From the NCBI GenBank assembly GCA_963725865.1, contig CAVSAC010000014.1, positions 224,001-288,000 of the forward strand: a stretch of 64,000 nt of DNA, in the 5' to 3' direction. The DNA comes from Candidatus Eiseniibacteriota bacterium (GTDB lineage: Bacteria > Eisenbacteria > RBG-16-71-46). Position 1 is the stretch's first letter. Every line of letters starts with the position of its first letter. The position numbers and the translations under genes were made by a program. The notes beneath the pieces were generated by a model. That model ran no database searches. It saw only the letters and a program-made list of their open reading frames with translations, and was not told the DNA's origin. This document shows, piece by piece, positions 29,786 to 39,636 of the stretch.

Positions 29786-31123
29786 TCAGTGCACCGGCCT
29801 GCTCAGTCCTTCGCCGGTGTCGCCGGAGGGCGGCATGTCCGGCGCCAGGGCGGCACCGACGTCGAGCGCGCCCGCGCCCAGCTTGCCCACCATCTGCGGA
29901 GTCGCCGGCGCGACCGGCCGCGCGGACGCGGCCAGCCGGGTCGCGACGTCGTTCTCCGTCCACATCGGATGCACTGCGAGCAGCAGCGCCGCGGTTCCCG
30001 CGACGAACGGCGTCGACATCGAGGTGCCGCTCCACAGGTACCACCGACCTCCGGGATACGCGCTCCGCACGTCCACGCCAGGCGCCGTGATGTCGACGAA
30101 CGAGCCGTACGAGGTGAACAGTGCCGCGGTACCGTGCGAATCGTCGGCCGCGATCGCGAACGTGTGGCTGTCGTGGGCGGGGAACTCCGTCGGGTTGTCG
30201 GTGCCGCGATTGCCGGCGGCCGCGAACACCAGGACCCGGTTCACGCGCGCGTAGTCGAGCGCCGTGGAGACCGCGTCGCTCTTGTTCAGCGAGCCGAGGC
30301 TGAGATTGATGACTTTGGCGCCGTGGGCGACGGCCCAGTGGATCCCGGACGCCACCGCCCACATGTCCCCGAACCCGTCGGCATCGAGCACCCGGACGAT
30401 CATCAGCTTCGACTGGGGCGCGGTCATCGCTGCGATCCCGGCCACGTGGGTGCCGTGGCCGTACGCCTCGTCCACCTGACCGTCGCCATCGTCGTCCAGT
30501 CCGTTGCCGACGTCGGTCGGGCTGTAGTCACCGTCGACCAGGTCGTAGCCCCCGACCAGACGTCCGCGGAACAGCGGATGGGTGGGGTCGACGCCGGTGT
30601 CGAGGATCGCGATCGTGACGCCGGCGCCCTGGCTGACCTGGTGCGCCGCGCCCAGGTCGATCACCGAGATGGCACGCTGAGTCGCGGCCGCCTCCGCTGA
30701 TCCGAAACCGTCGTCGAACCCGAACGACTGCTGGCGCGCCTCGACGTTCTCGAACAGCGTGTTGCGCTCGGAGGTGAGGATGCGGGGATCGCTCGCGAGG
30801 CGGGCGCTGAGCGTGTCGGGGGACATTCCGGCGGGCGGCCTGAGCACCGCGCAGCCCCAGTCCTCGGAGACCAGCAGCGCAGCCGAGTAGTCCTGGGCAA
30901 GCTGATCGAGATCGGTGCCGACCGGCACGGTGATCACGACCTGGTTGGCCACGTCGTCGTGGGAATACCGGGTGGTATGCCAGCCGCGACTCCCCTCGAT
31001 CGTGCCGGGGGCGAGCGGCAGCTCGCGCGCGCACGAGGCGACGAGCGAGCAGAGGGCCACCATCGTCGCCACCACCACGAGGGTGGAAGCGGGCCGCGGA
31101 ATGGGGACCAGCGGGCGTGGCAT
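29786..31123 (-). CDS. S8 subtilase, probable lipoprotein
   Basis: GAGGAGG RBS, LVASC lipobox, ILDTGVD, YGHGTHVAG, AAAGN, SGTSMSTP. Confidence 0.93.
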   Translation of the reverse strand: MPRPLVPIPRPASTLVVVATMVALCSLVASCARELPLAPGTIEGSRGWHTTRYSHDDVANQVVITVPVGTDLDQLAQDYSAALLVSEDWGCAVLRPPAGMSPDTLSARLASDPRILTSERNTLFENVEARQQSFGFDDGFGSAEAAATQRAISVIDLGAAHQVSQGAGVTIAILDTGVDPTHPLFRGRLVGGYDLVDGDYSPTDVGNGLDDDGDGQVDEAYGHGTHVAGIAAMTAPQSKLMIVRVLDADGFGDMWAVASGIHWAVAHGAKVINLSLGSLNKSDAVSTALDYARVNRVLVFAAAGNRGTDNPTEFPAHDSHTFAIAADDSHGTAALFTSYGSFVDITAPGVDVRSAYPGGRWYLWSGTSMSTPFVAGTAALLLAVHPMWTENDVATRLAASARPVAPATPQMVGKLGAGALDVGAALAPDMPPSGDTGEGLSRPVH

Positions 31124-31134
31124 GCGATTCCTCC

Positions 31135-33855
31135 TCACGAGTGCAGACTCATCCGGGGGACGCGTCTCGGCACGGCCCCGTGAAGCGCCCCGACCCCGGC
31201 CTCCGCGCCAGGTCCGGTCAAAACCACGAAGCCCGCCCAGGTGATGGGGTGGGCCCCTGCGGATCGAAGTTCTGCTTGAGCCACGGCCAACGCCCGGGTC
31301 AGCGGCGCCCCGCCGGCCAGATGTGTGTAGACACGTTCCATCAGACGCGCGGCGGCACGGTCCTCGATGTCCCATTGCGACGCGAGCACCGCCCCCGCGC
31401 CGGCCAGCAGCAGGGTCCTTGCGAGTCCGAACCACTCCTCCCCGGGCCGCACCAGCGCCCGGGCGGTCTGACAGGCCGAGAGCGCCACCCAGCGCGCGGA
31501 AAGGCTCAACTCCGCGATCTCGTCCGCGAGCAGCCAGCGATCCTGGAGGCGCAACCCGGACTGGTAAGGAGAGTCAGGGACATAGATGCCGTGACCTGCG
31601 AAGTGGATCCATTCGGCATCTCGGGAAAGTGCCAGAAAATGCCCAACGGTGGCGTCGGTCCCGGTCAGCAGCCGGGCGTGGGGGAACCTTCCCAGGATCC
31701 GCGCGGTCTCGGGCGTGACGCTCGCGAGCTCGCCGGCATCCGCCGCGACGATGAGCGGGGCCCCTTCGGGGCGCCGGTACCCGAGGGACAATCCCAGCCG
31801 CAAGCCGGGAACCACGGCCAGCGGCCCCGCCTGGCAGAGCGCGCGCCCATCGGGCAGGGCCAGCGCCGGCCACGGCACCCGGGCGAGCGGTCCGGCCGGC
31901 ACCACCGCCAGCGCCGCCGGCAGCCCGGTGCGCGCGAGCACCGGCCACAGCACCTGGGAGGCGAGGGCTTCGAGGTCGGCCGCCAGCGCCGGATCCACGG
32001 CCTCCTCGCCGGGATCCCGCCAGGCGGCACTCCGCAGCCCGAACAGCAGGCCGTGCATGAGGCGCTGGACCTCGCGCTCGGAGGCCAGGCCGGTGACGGC
32101 GTCCACTCCCTCGCGCCGCACCACCAGGGCCGAGAGGGAGCCTCCGTGCAGCAGGTAGTCGACGAGCACCGTGCCGGGAGGCAGCACGCGGCACAGCGCG
32201 CGCGCGGTCACGCCACCCGACAACGGGCGATCGAGCAGCCGGCTCCCACGGATCGCGAGCGCGGGCGCCGCCAACGCCGGCGCCGACCCGGTGCGGGTCG
32301 AGCGCTCGCGGTCGCGCGCCAGCCGCGAGGCCGCCCAGGCGCGGGCGGCAGGCGGCAACGCCGCGCGGGCGGACGGGCTGGCGAGCGCTCGACCGCGACC
32401 GCGCTCGAGCGCCTCGAGCGCCGCCGCGAAGTCGCCGGCCTCCATCTCGAGCGTGGCCAGCTCCTGGTGGGGCCATCCCCAGTCACCCCAGAACGTGGCG
32501 CGCCACTGTTCGTCGAGGATGCGCGCGGCCAGCCGCTCGGACTCGCGCGCGGCGCGTGCCAACCACCGGCGGGCGGCGGCACGATCGCCGCGCGAGCGCG
32601 CGAGCGCCGCCGCCGCCGCCCACGCCAGGTGCCGCACGCGCGGCGAGGCCCGCCGACCGAGGCGCGGCCGGAGGCGCGCGAGGGTCCGGCGCGCCGACTC
32701 GGTGCGCCCGCAGGCCAGCTGGGCACGCGCCAGCAGCGCGAGGGCGCCGCCCTCGCGCTCGCGATCGCCCGCGGCCGCGAACCGCCGGGCGGCGGCGGCG
32801 AGCAGCGCGCGCGCCGCGCGCGGCGTGCCTTCGCTCCACCAGACGGTCGCGAGGCCCACCAGCACCTCTCCCATCCAGACCCGGTTGCCCTCCGCATGGA
32901 ACCCGGCCAGCGTGTGCTCGAGCCGCGCCCGCGCGGCCGCCGGGCGCCCGAGGCGGAACTCCGCGAGCGCCGCGAAGGTCTCGGCCTTGGCGCGCTCGTA
33001 CCCCATGCCGAGCGTGGCGAACGCGTCCATCGCGCGGCGCGCCTCGTCGAGCGCGTCGTGCGGCGCGTTCAATCGCAGCAGGATCTCGGCCGAATCGAGC
33101 GAGGTCAGCGCCTGCAGCGCCGGCGCGCCGCGCGTGGCGGCCTCCTCGCGCACCGCCGCGAGTCCGCTGAGCGCGCGCTCGTGACGGTGCTCGAGGAAGT
33201 CGAGGTACGCGAGGTTGTAGCCGGCGCCCAGCGCGTCGACCGCGAAGCCGTTCGCCGCCAGCGTCCGCTGGGCGCGCACGTACGAGGCGCGTGACTCCTT
33301 GAGCCGACCGACCAGCGACAGGCAATTCGCGAGGTTGCCCTCGATCATCGCCGCGCCGCGCGCGTCGCCGGCGTGCGCGAGCGTCCGGTGCGCACGGCGA
33401 TAGACCGGCAGGGCGAGGTCGGGGCGGTCGAGCCGATGCAGCAGGTTGCCCTCGTTGTTCAGCAGGCGCGCGCACGCGGCGCGGTCGCCGGCACGCTCCA
33501 GCGCGGCACGGCCGCGGGCGGCGGCGCGGCGGGCGGCGCGGTAGCGACCCAGGTACATGAGTGCGTCGACGAGCCCGATGGCGCAGCGGCCGCGCTCGCG
33601 GGTCTGCCGCGCCCGCGCGAACCAGCGCTCGGCCCTCAGGTAGGCGTCGACCGCCCCGGCCGCCCGCCGCTGCGCCCGCAGCACGTGGCCGCGCAGCCGC
33701 CACAGCTCGCCGCGGGCCGCGGGACTGGCGCCGGCGACCGCGCGCGCGAACCCGCGCGCCAGCGTGCGCGTGGCGCGTCCGAGGTCGGAGCGGCGCTGAT
33801 CCTCGACCCGCGCGATGAGCGCGCGCGCCGCGGCATCGGGGAGCCGGTCGGTCAT
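31135..33855 (-). CDS. TPR + CHAT (caspase-like) domain protein
   Basis: N-terminal TPR-like helices, VVPAGPLARVPW, IHFAGHG (His), LSACQT (Cys), GEEWFGLARTLL.AGA..V.ASQWDIED. Confidence 0.92.
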   Translation of the reverse strand: MTDRLPDAAARALIARVEDQRRSDLGRATRTLARGFARAVAGASPAARGELWRLRGHVLRAQRRAAGAVDAYLRAERWFARARQTRERGRCAIGLVDALMYLGRYRAARRAAARGRAALERAGDRAACARLLNNEGNLLHRLDRPDLALPVYRRAHRTLAHAGDARGAAMIEGNLANCLSLVGRLKESRASYVRAQRTLAANGFAVDALGAGYNLAYLDFLEHRHERALSGLAAVREEAATRGAPALQALTSLDSAEILLRLNAPHDALDEARRAMDAFATLGMGYERAKAETFAALAEFRLGRPAAARARLEHTLAGFHAEGNRVWMGEVLVGLATVWWSEGTPRAARALLAAAARRFAAAGDREREGGALALLARAQLACGRTESARRTLARLRPRLGRRASPRVRHLAWAAAAALARSRGDRAAARRWLARAARESERLAARILDEQWRATFWGDWGWPHQELATLEMEAGDFAAALEALERGRGRALASPSARAALPPAARAWAASRLARDRERSTRTGSAPALAAPALAIRGSRLLDRPLSGGVTARALCRVLPPGTVLVDYLLHGGSLSALVVRREGVDAVTGLASEREVQRLMHGLLFGLRSAAWRDPGEEAVDPALAADLEALASQVLWPVLARTGLPAALAVVPAGPLARVPWPALALPDGRALCQAGPLAVVPGLRLGLSLGYRRPEGAPLIVAADAGELASVTPETARILGRFPHARLLTGTDATVGHFLALSRDAEWIHFAGHGIYVPDSPYQSGLRLQDRWLLADEIAELSLSARWVALSACQTARALVRPGEEWFGLARTLLLAGAGAVLASQWDIEDRAAARLMERVYTHLAGGAPLTRALAVAQAELRSAGAHPITWAGFVVLTGPGAEAGVGALHGAVPRRVPRMSLHS

Positions 33856-33859
33856 GGAG

Positions 33860-34483
33860 TCAGAGCGTGACCGGCGGGATGCGGAAGCGTCCCGTGGGCC
33901 CCGTCACCGCGATCACCAGGCGTCCGGCGGCGAGCCCCTCGAGCGCGAAGCGGCCCGTGCCGTCGGGCCAGACCACGTGGTGCTCGCCGCCGTTCGTGAG
34001 TTCGATGCGGTGCAGGGCCGGCTCCTCGAGCACGAGCTGGCCGCGCAGCGCGAAGGCGCGGGAGCCCTCCGGCTCCAGCTCGAGCTCGAGCGTGCCGGCA
34101 CCGAGCTCGAAGCGCAGGCGCCGCGCCTCGCCGACCGCGCGGCGCGCGGCGGCGGGCAGGGGCTGGCTCAGCGAGTCGAACACGAGGGCAGCGATGCGCG
34201 CCGCCAGCCTCCCGCTCCGCGACCGTACGGGTTGCGGAACGAACACCTCGAGCGCGCGCTGGTGCACCGCGGGCGGGACCTCGGGCACCCGATCGCCGCG
34301 CATGCGCTCGACCAAGAGTCCCGTCAGGCGGACCTGCTCGCGACACGTGGGACAGGGGGCGGCCAGGTGCTCCTCGACTTCGCGGGCCGCCGTCGGCGTG
34401 AGCCGGTCCTCGAGGAAGTCGAGGATGCGCGCGAGGTCGAGGTGCCGGCGGGGGCCGGTGGTGCGTCCCGTGGGCCTGCTCAT
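33860..34483 (-). CDS. Zinc-finger (zf-HC2-like) putative anti-sigma factor, no TM helix seen
   Basis: LDFLEDRL...VEEHLAAPCPTC, LVFDSL..P...RR, beta-rich C-terminus (DGTGRFALEGL..G). ATGA overlap with the sigma gene. Confidence 0.75.
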   Translation of the reverse strand: MSRPTGRTTGPRRHLDLARILDFLEDRLTPTAAREVEEHLAAPCPTCREQVRLTGLLVERMRGDRVPEVPPAVHQRALEVFVPQPVRSRSGRLAARIAALVFDSLSQPLPAAARRAVGEARRLRFELGAGTLELELEPEGSRAFALRGQLVLEEPALHRIELTNGGEHHVVWPDGTGRFALEGLAAGRLVIAVTGPTGRFRIPPVTL

Positions 34484-35193
34484 GTGTGGTCTCCCAGCGT
34501 GCGCCGCGGCGATCCGGCAGCACGCCGGCGGCGATCGGTGTCCGGGGAGGGGGATCCTCCACCAGCAGAGGTGGGCCGAGCAGGCCGCGTGATACCCGGT
34601 TCCTCGTCCGCCTCGAGCCGGGCCAGCACCTCGCGCATCTTCTGCAGGCAGCGGGCGCGGGTGGGACCCAGGGACCCGACCGGGACTCCCAGCCGCCGGG
34701 ACAGATCCGCGTACGCCGGAGCGGGGTCCTCGTAGTAGAGCGCGGTCAGCAGGTCCCGGCACCGCGCGCCGATCCCCGACAGGGCCAGCCGGATCAGGGC
34801 CTGCTGCTCGAGGGCCTCGAGATCCTGGCCGATCTCCGGGTCGCCCGCGGCCAGCCGATTCACCGCGTCCGGGTCGTCGGACTGCGAGAGCGCCTGAACC
34901 CGTCGCGAGCGGAGCGCGGCGGCGCGCGCCACCCGTTCGGTGGTGGTGGCCAGCCAGCGCACCAGCGCCCGGCCGTCGCGCATGCGCGGCAGGCTCTTCA
35001 CCAGGGCGGCGAACACCTCCTGGAAGACGTCGCCCAGGTCTTCCTCGCCCAGCCGCCAGCTGCGGCCTACGGCGTACACCAGACGTTCGTGCCGGCGGAC
35101 CAGCGCCTCCCAGGCGCGGGCGTCGCCCGCCAGGCAGCGCTGGACCAGCCTCCGGTCCGCTTCGGGATCGAGACGCACGGAAGGTGACGGCAC
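34480..35193 (-). CDS. ECF sigma-70 factor
   Basis: LVQRCLAGDARAWEALVRRHERLV, DVFQEVF, RCRDLL..LYY...AYADLS..LGVPVGSLGPTRARCL. GTG start lies 7 nt after TGCTAGACT. Confidence 0.92.
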   Translation of the reverse strand: MPSPSVRLDPEADRRLVQRCLAGDARAWEALVRRHERLVYAVGRSWRLGEEDLGDVFQEVFAALVKSLPRMRDGRALVRWLATTTERVARAAALRSRRVQALSQSDDPDAVNRLAAGDPEIGQDLEALEQQALIRLALSGIGARCRDLLTALYYEDPAPAYADLSRRLGVPVGSLGPTRARCLQKMREVLARLEADEEPGITRPARPTSAGGGSPSPDTDRRRRAAGSPRRTLGDHT

Positions 35194-35342
35194 GGGTGGC
35201 AGTCTAGCACGGCGGAACTCGCCCCTTCGGACGCGCAGGCCGGCGCGCAAAGTCGGGCGCACCGGAGCCGTCGGGCCATGTATCAGACCGATCACGGCCC
35301 CCACCTCTGACATCGGACCCTGGCTGCTTCGGAGGATGGTCG

Positions 35343-36458
35343 ATGGATGTTGCTCTGCTCTGTCTCGATCCATGGACGACGCTCGACGGGAGCGATGGGT
35401 GCGCCATCCAGCTCCGCGCACTCGCCGCCGCCCTCAGCCGCGCCGGGCACCACGTGCGCGCGCTCACGACCGCGCCTGTCCGGGTTCGCGAATGCCTCGA
35501 CGCCGACGTGGAGACCCTCGCTCCCGGGTCCGTGGACGCCGCCGCCGTCGCCGACATGCTGGGGCGCTCGCACGCGGACCTGGTGCTGGAGCCACTGCGC
35601 CGACCGACTTCCCAGGGCGCGCTCGCGGCCGATCGGGCGGGCGTGCCGCACGTCTATCTCATCGAGCGTCCCCGCGAGAGCGGCGGCGTCACCCCGTGGG
35701 CGAGCGGCATGGACATGACCGACGCGTTCGCCGCCAGCCGCGGTGCGATCGCGTTCTCCGGCGAGGCCGCGCGCTGGGTGCGCGAGCGGGCGCCCCGCCA
35801 CTACCCGGTACGCGTCACCAACTGCGGTGTCGATCGCACGCTGTTCGAGCCGGTCGGCGAGGCGGCCCTCCATCGCGCGGCTGCGGTGCTGCGCCCCTGG
35901 GAGGGTCTGCGCGTGGGCTTCGCCGGCGCGCTGGAATCCGACCACGATCTGGAGATCCTCGTGCGCGCGCTGGGACGGACCCGGATCGCCGCCCCGACCC
36001 AGCTTGCGCTGATCGGCGACGGCCCGCTGCGCAATCGACTCATCGCGCTCGCGCACGAGCAGCGGGTGAGCATCGCCATGCTGGGCGCGGTGCCGCACTC
36101 GGAGGTGCCCGCGTATCTGGGGCGCTGCGATGTCGTCGCGGTGCCGTGCGCGACACGCGACGGCTGCGATTCACCGCTCAAGCTCATCGAGGCGATGGCG
36201 ATCGGGCGCGCGCTGGTGGCGAGCGCGACCGAGCAGGCCCGGCACCACGTGCGCGATGGATACGACGGGCTGCTGGTGCCAGTCGGCGACGAGGTCGCGC
36301 TCGCCAGCGTGCTGCTGCGGCTGGTCCGCACCCCCCAGCTGCGCGAGCGGCTGGGCGCCAACGCATTCCAGTCCGCGCGCCGGCGCCGTAGCTGGGACGA
36401 CGTGGCCGGCGACATCCTCCAGTTCGGGCTCGCCTGCGCGGAGCGCGTCGTCGACTGA
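35343..36458 (+). CDS. Glycosyltransferase family 4
   Basis: NCGVD..LF, VGFAG, LIGDGPLR, GAVPHSEVP.YL...DV, SPLKLIEAMAIG. Confidence 0.88.
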   Translation: MDVALLCLDPWTTLDGSDGCAIQLRALAAALSRAGHHVRALTTAPVRVRECLDADVETLAPGSVDAAAVADMLGRSHADLVLEPLRRPTSQGALAADRAGVPHVYLIERPRESGGVTPWASGMDMTDAFAASRGAIAFSGEAARWVRERAPRHYPVRVTNCGVDRTLFEPVGEAALHRAAAVLRPWEGLRVGFAGALESDHDLEILVRALGRTRIAAPTQLALIGDGPLRNRLIALAHEQRVSIAMLGAVPHSEVPAYLGRCDVVAVPCATRDGCDSPLKLIEAMAIGRALVASATEQARHHVRDGYDGLLVPVGDEVALASVLLRLVRTPQLRERLGANAFQSARRRRSWDDVAGDILQFGLACAERVVD

Positions 36459-36591
36459 GCCGCGATCGGCGGCCTCCGCGTTCCCCACGGCGCCAGCGCT
36501 GCCGAATGCCGCGGCAGAGCCCGATGGTCGTGGGTCAGTCCGAGATCGTTCGCTGCGCGGGACGCCGGCCCCCGGAGCTGGTTGACCCGCG

Positions 36592-37641
36592 TCAGGCCTT
36601 GCTGCTCTCGCCGGGCCGCACGGTGCCCGCCAGGACGTCCGCGTGGAACGACGAGCGCACCAGCGGCCCACTCGCCACGTGCGGGATGCCGCGCGACTCG
36701 GCCTGCTCGGCGTACCACTGGAAGACCTCGGGATGCACGTACTCGACCACCGGGAGGTGGTCGGACGAGGGCCGCAGGTACTGGCCGATCGTGAGCAGAT
36801 CGCAGCCGTGCGCCGCGAGGTCGTCGAACGCCTGCAGCATCTCGTCCCGCGTCTCCCCGAGACCCACCATCAGCCCGGACTTCGCCTTGATCCCGTGGCC
36901 GTACGCGCGCACCCGCTGGAGCACTTCGAGCGAGCGAGCGTAGCGGGCGCTCGGGCGCACCACCGGGTGCAGGCGCTCGACGGTCTCGAGGTTGTGGTTG
37001 AGTACTTCGGGCCCGGCGTCGAGCACGCGCTGCAGGTCCTCGGCGCGCCCGCGGAAGTCGGGAACGAGCACCTCGATCACGGTGCGCGAGCGCTCGCGGA
37101 TCGCCCGGATGGTCTGCGCGAAGATGATGCTCCCGCCGTCGGCGAGATCGTCCCGCGCCACCGAAGTGATGACGGTGTGACGGAGGTTCATTGCCTCGAC
37201 CGCCTCGGCGACCCGCCGGGGCTCGTCCCAGTCCACGAAGCCGTTGGGCTTGCCGGGCGCGACCGCGCAGAAGCCGCAGCGGCGCGTGCACAGCTCGCCC
37301 AGGATCATGATGGTGGCGGTCCCGCGCTCCCAGCAGTGACCGAGGTTCGGGCAGCGCGCCTCCTCGCACACCGTCACCAGCCGCTTGTCGCGCAGCATGC
37401 TCTTGGTGCTCGCGTACTCACCGTGACCCGGCAGCTTGACCTTGAGCCACGACGGCAGCCGCCGGAACTCCCCGGGGGCGACCGCGCCGGCGCCCGAGGC
37501 ACAGCCGCGCGTACGCGGGGTGCGCGGCAGGCGCACCGGAACCGCCGGACGCGGGGCGCCCAGCACCTTCAGCTCGGCCGGCCCCGCGGGGGAGGTCGGT
37601 TCGGTCGCGGGGGCGCCGGGCATGCGCGGATCGTCGGTCAT
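36592..37641 (-). CDS. lipA: Lipoyl synthase
   Basis: CEEARCPNLGHC, CTRRCGFC, NHNLETV, TIGQYLRPS, PLVRSSF. Confidence 0.97.
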   Translation of the reverse strand: MTDDPRMPGAPATEPTSPAGPAELKVLGAPRPAVPVRLPRTPRTRGCASGAGAVAPGEFRRLPSWLKVKLPGHGEYASTKSMLRDKRLVTVCEEARCPNLGHCWERGTATIMILGELCTRRCGFCAVAPGKPNGFVDWDEPRRVAEAVEAMNLRHTVITSVARDDLADGGSIIFAQTIRAIRERSRTVIEVLVPDFRGRAEDLQRVLDAGPEVLNHNLETVERLHPVVRPSARYARSLEVLQRVRAYGHGIKAKSGLMVGLGETRDEMLQAFDDLAAHGCDLLTIGQYLRPSSDHLPVVEYVHPEVFQWYAEQAESRGIPHVASGPLVRSSFHADVLAGTVRPGESSKA

Positions 37642-37642
37642 T

Positions 37643-38794
37643 TCAGTCGCGGCCCATGGCGTGACGGGCGACCTCGCCCGTGCCTTTCAGCGCGAGCATC
37701 CGGTCGAGCGCCACGCGCGCCCCCGCGCGCACGTCGTCGGGGACGCGCACCGGGTTCACGACGTGACCGTCCGCCAGGTTCTCGAGCGTCCACAGCAGGT
37801 GCGCCGGATCGATGCGGTTCATGGTCGCGCACGGGCACACGTTCTTCTGGAGCGAGTGGATCTGCTGATCGGGATGCGCGAGCGCCAGGCGGTGGACCAG
37901 GTGGATCTCGGTGCCGATCGCCCAGTGCGTGCCGGCGGGCGCGCGCTCGACCTGCTGGATGATGTACTCCGTGGACCCGACTCGATCGGCGCCCTGCACC
38001 ACCTCGAACGTGCACTCCGGATGCACCAGCACCTGCACCGCGGGATCGGCCGCGCGCACCTCGTCGATCTGCGCCCGCGTGAACTTCGTGTGCACGGAGC
38101 AGAATCCCTTCCAGAGGATGATGCGGGTCGCCGGGCGCAGGCACGCGGCGTTCCCGCGCTCGGGCTCCTCCGCGCGCCAGTCCCATTCCGCCATCGCATC
38201 CAGCGGCACGCCCATCGCGTGCGCGGTGTTGCGCCCCAGGTGCTGGTCGGGGAAGAAGAAGACTCGCGCGCGGCGCGACCACGCCCACTCGAGCACCGCG
38301 CGTGCGTTGCTCGACGTGCAGACGACGCCGCCGTGCGTCCCGCAGAACGCCTTGAGCGCGGCGGTCGAGTTCATGTAAGTGACCGGCACGATCGTCTCGC
38401 CATGCGCCGCGCCGAGGCGCTCCCACGCCTCCTCCACGTCCTCGATGTCGGCCATGTCGGCCATCGAGCAGCCGGCCTTGAGGTCGGGCAGCACCACGGT
38501 CTGGTGCGCCTGACGCAGGATGTCGGCGGACTCCGCCATGAAATGCACGCCGCAGAACACGATGGTCTCCGCTTCGCCACGCTCGGCGGCCGCCTGCGCC
38601 AGCTTGAACGAGTCGCCGCGGAAATCGGCGAACTCGATGATGCTGTCCCGCTGATAGTGGTGCCCGAGGATGACCGTGCGCGCTCCCAGCGCGTGACGCG
38701 CCTCCCGCGTGCGCGCGCGAATCGCATCGGCCGCGAGGGCGGTGTAGTCGGCGAAAGGCCGGGCCGCTGGCGAGAGCGGAGCCGCGGTGCTCAT
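37643..38794 (-). CDS. nadA: Quinolinate synthase
   Basis: ILGHHYQ, FCGVHFMAE, AGCSMAD, FFPDQHLG, GFCSVH, VHPEC, CPCATM. Confidence 0.96.
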   Translation of the reverse strand: MSTAAPLSPAARPFADYTALAADAIRARTREARHALGARTVILGHHYQRDSIIEFADFRGDSFKLAQAAAERGEAETIVFCGVHFMAESADILRQAHQTVVLPDLKAGCSMADMADIEDVEEAWERLGAAHGETIVPVTYMNSTAALKAFCGTHGGVVCTSSNARAVLEWAWSRRARVFFFPDQHLGRNTAHAMGVPLDAMAEWDWRAEEPERGNAACLRPATRIILWKGFCSVHTKFTRAQIDEVRAADPAVQVLVHPECTFEVVQGADRVGSTEYIIQQVERAPAGTHWAIGTEIHLVHRLALAHPDQQIHSLQKNVCPCATMNRIDPAHLLWTLENLADGHVVNPVRVPDDVRAGARVALDRMLALKGTGEVARHAMGRD

Positions 38795-38807
38795 GGGGTC
38801 GCCCGTC

Positions 38808-39254
38808 CTATTCGAGTTCGGTGCGATCGAGGGGCTGGCGCCCCGCGAAGCCGTCATCCAGGGTGTGCCAGTGCGTCACCGCGGACTCGCCGACCGCCCA
38901 GCACAGAAACACCAGCCGGTCGCCCTGCAGCGCGTAGAAGTCGAGCAGCCCGCGGTCGAGGTCCTTCACCAGGATGCCCTGGCGGTGGATCCGCGCCACG
39001 CCCTCCCCGATCCGCGCCGCGAGGCGGCGGCGACGCTCGGTGAGGCCGGCCAGCTCGAATGCATCAGGGTTCTCGGCGGAAGCCCCCGCCAGCGCGAGGC
39101 GCAGCGCCTCCATGCGCGTGTCCAGCCGATCGAGGTCGCGCTTGGCCGTGACCAGCGACTGCATGAGGGGCGCCAGCTCCTGCGCGAACTGGGACGCCTG
39201 ATCGGAGGTGAACAGCGTGATGCGCAGTCCCCCGATACGCGGGTCAGTGGCCAC
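38808..39254 (-). CDS. DUF2203-like protein
   Basis: GILVKDLDRGLLDF...VFLCW..GE...HWH.LDDGFAGRQPL. Confidence 0.85.
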   Translation of the reverse strand: MATDPRIGGLRITLFTSDQASQFAQELAPLMQSLVTAKRDLDRLDTRMEALRLALAGASAENPDAFELAGLTERRRRLAARIGEGVARIHRQGILVKDLDRGLLDFYALQGDRLVFLCWAVGESAVTHWHTLDDGFAGRQPLDRTELE

Positions 39255-39621
39255 CGCAGCCGCACCCTCCGCCGGCCTGCTGCTGCTCGTCCTCCGACTG
39301 GAACGACTTGCCGCAGCCGCACGACTTCGCGTTGGGGTTCGAGATCGTGAATCCGCTGGCCTGGACGGTTTCGACGTAATCGATCGCCACGCCCGAGAGC
39401 AGCGACTGGCTATCCGCGTCGACCACCACCTTCACGCCGTCGAACTCTCCCACCCAGTCCCCCTCCTCGACCTTCTCGGCGAGGGACATGCCGTACTGGA
39501 AGCCGGAGCAGCCACCCGGATAGACGCTCAGCCGCAGTGCGACCACGTTCGAACCGTGCTCGCGCTGCTGCGAGAGGACTTCCTGGATCTTCTTGGTGGC
39601 GGCCTCGCTCACGGTCAGCAT
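39244..39621 (-). CDS. A-type Fe-S cluster carrier (IscA/ErpA/HesB)
   Basis: GGCSGFQY, IDY, NPNAKSCGCGKSF, plus a C-terminal GCGCGGH tail. Confidence 0.95.
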   Translation of the reverse strand: MLTVSEAATKKIQEVLSQQREHGSNVVALRLSVYPGGCSGFQYGMSLAEKVEEGDWVGEFDGVKVVVDADSQSLLSGVAIDYVETVQASGFTISNPNAKSCGCGKSFQSEDEQQQAGGGCGCGGH

Positions 39622-39636
39622 GCTGTCTCCTTGATG

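Noticed and set aside
29786..35193. Type III-E CRISPR (Craspase) locus
   Set aside because: No cas7-11 or other cas gene and no repeat-spacer array in the window. Only the TPR-CHAT/sigma logic is analogous.
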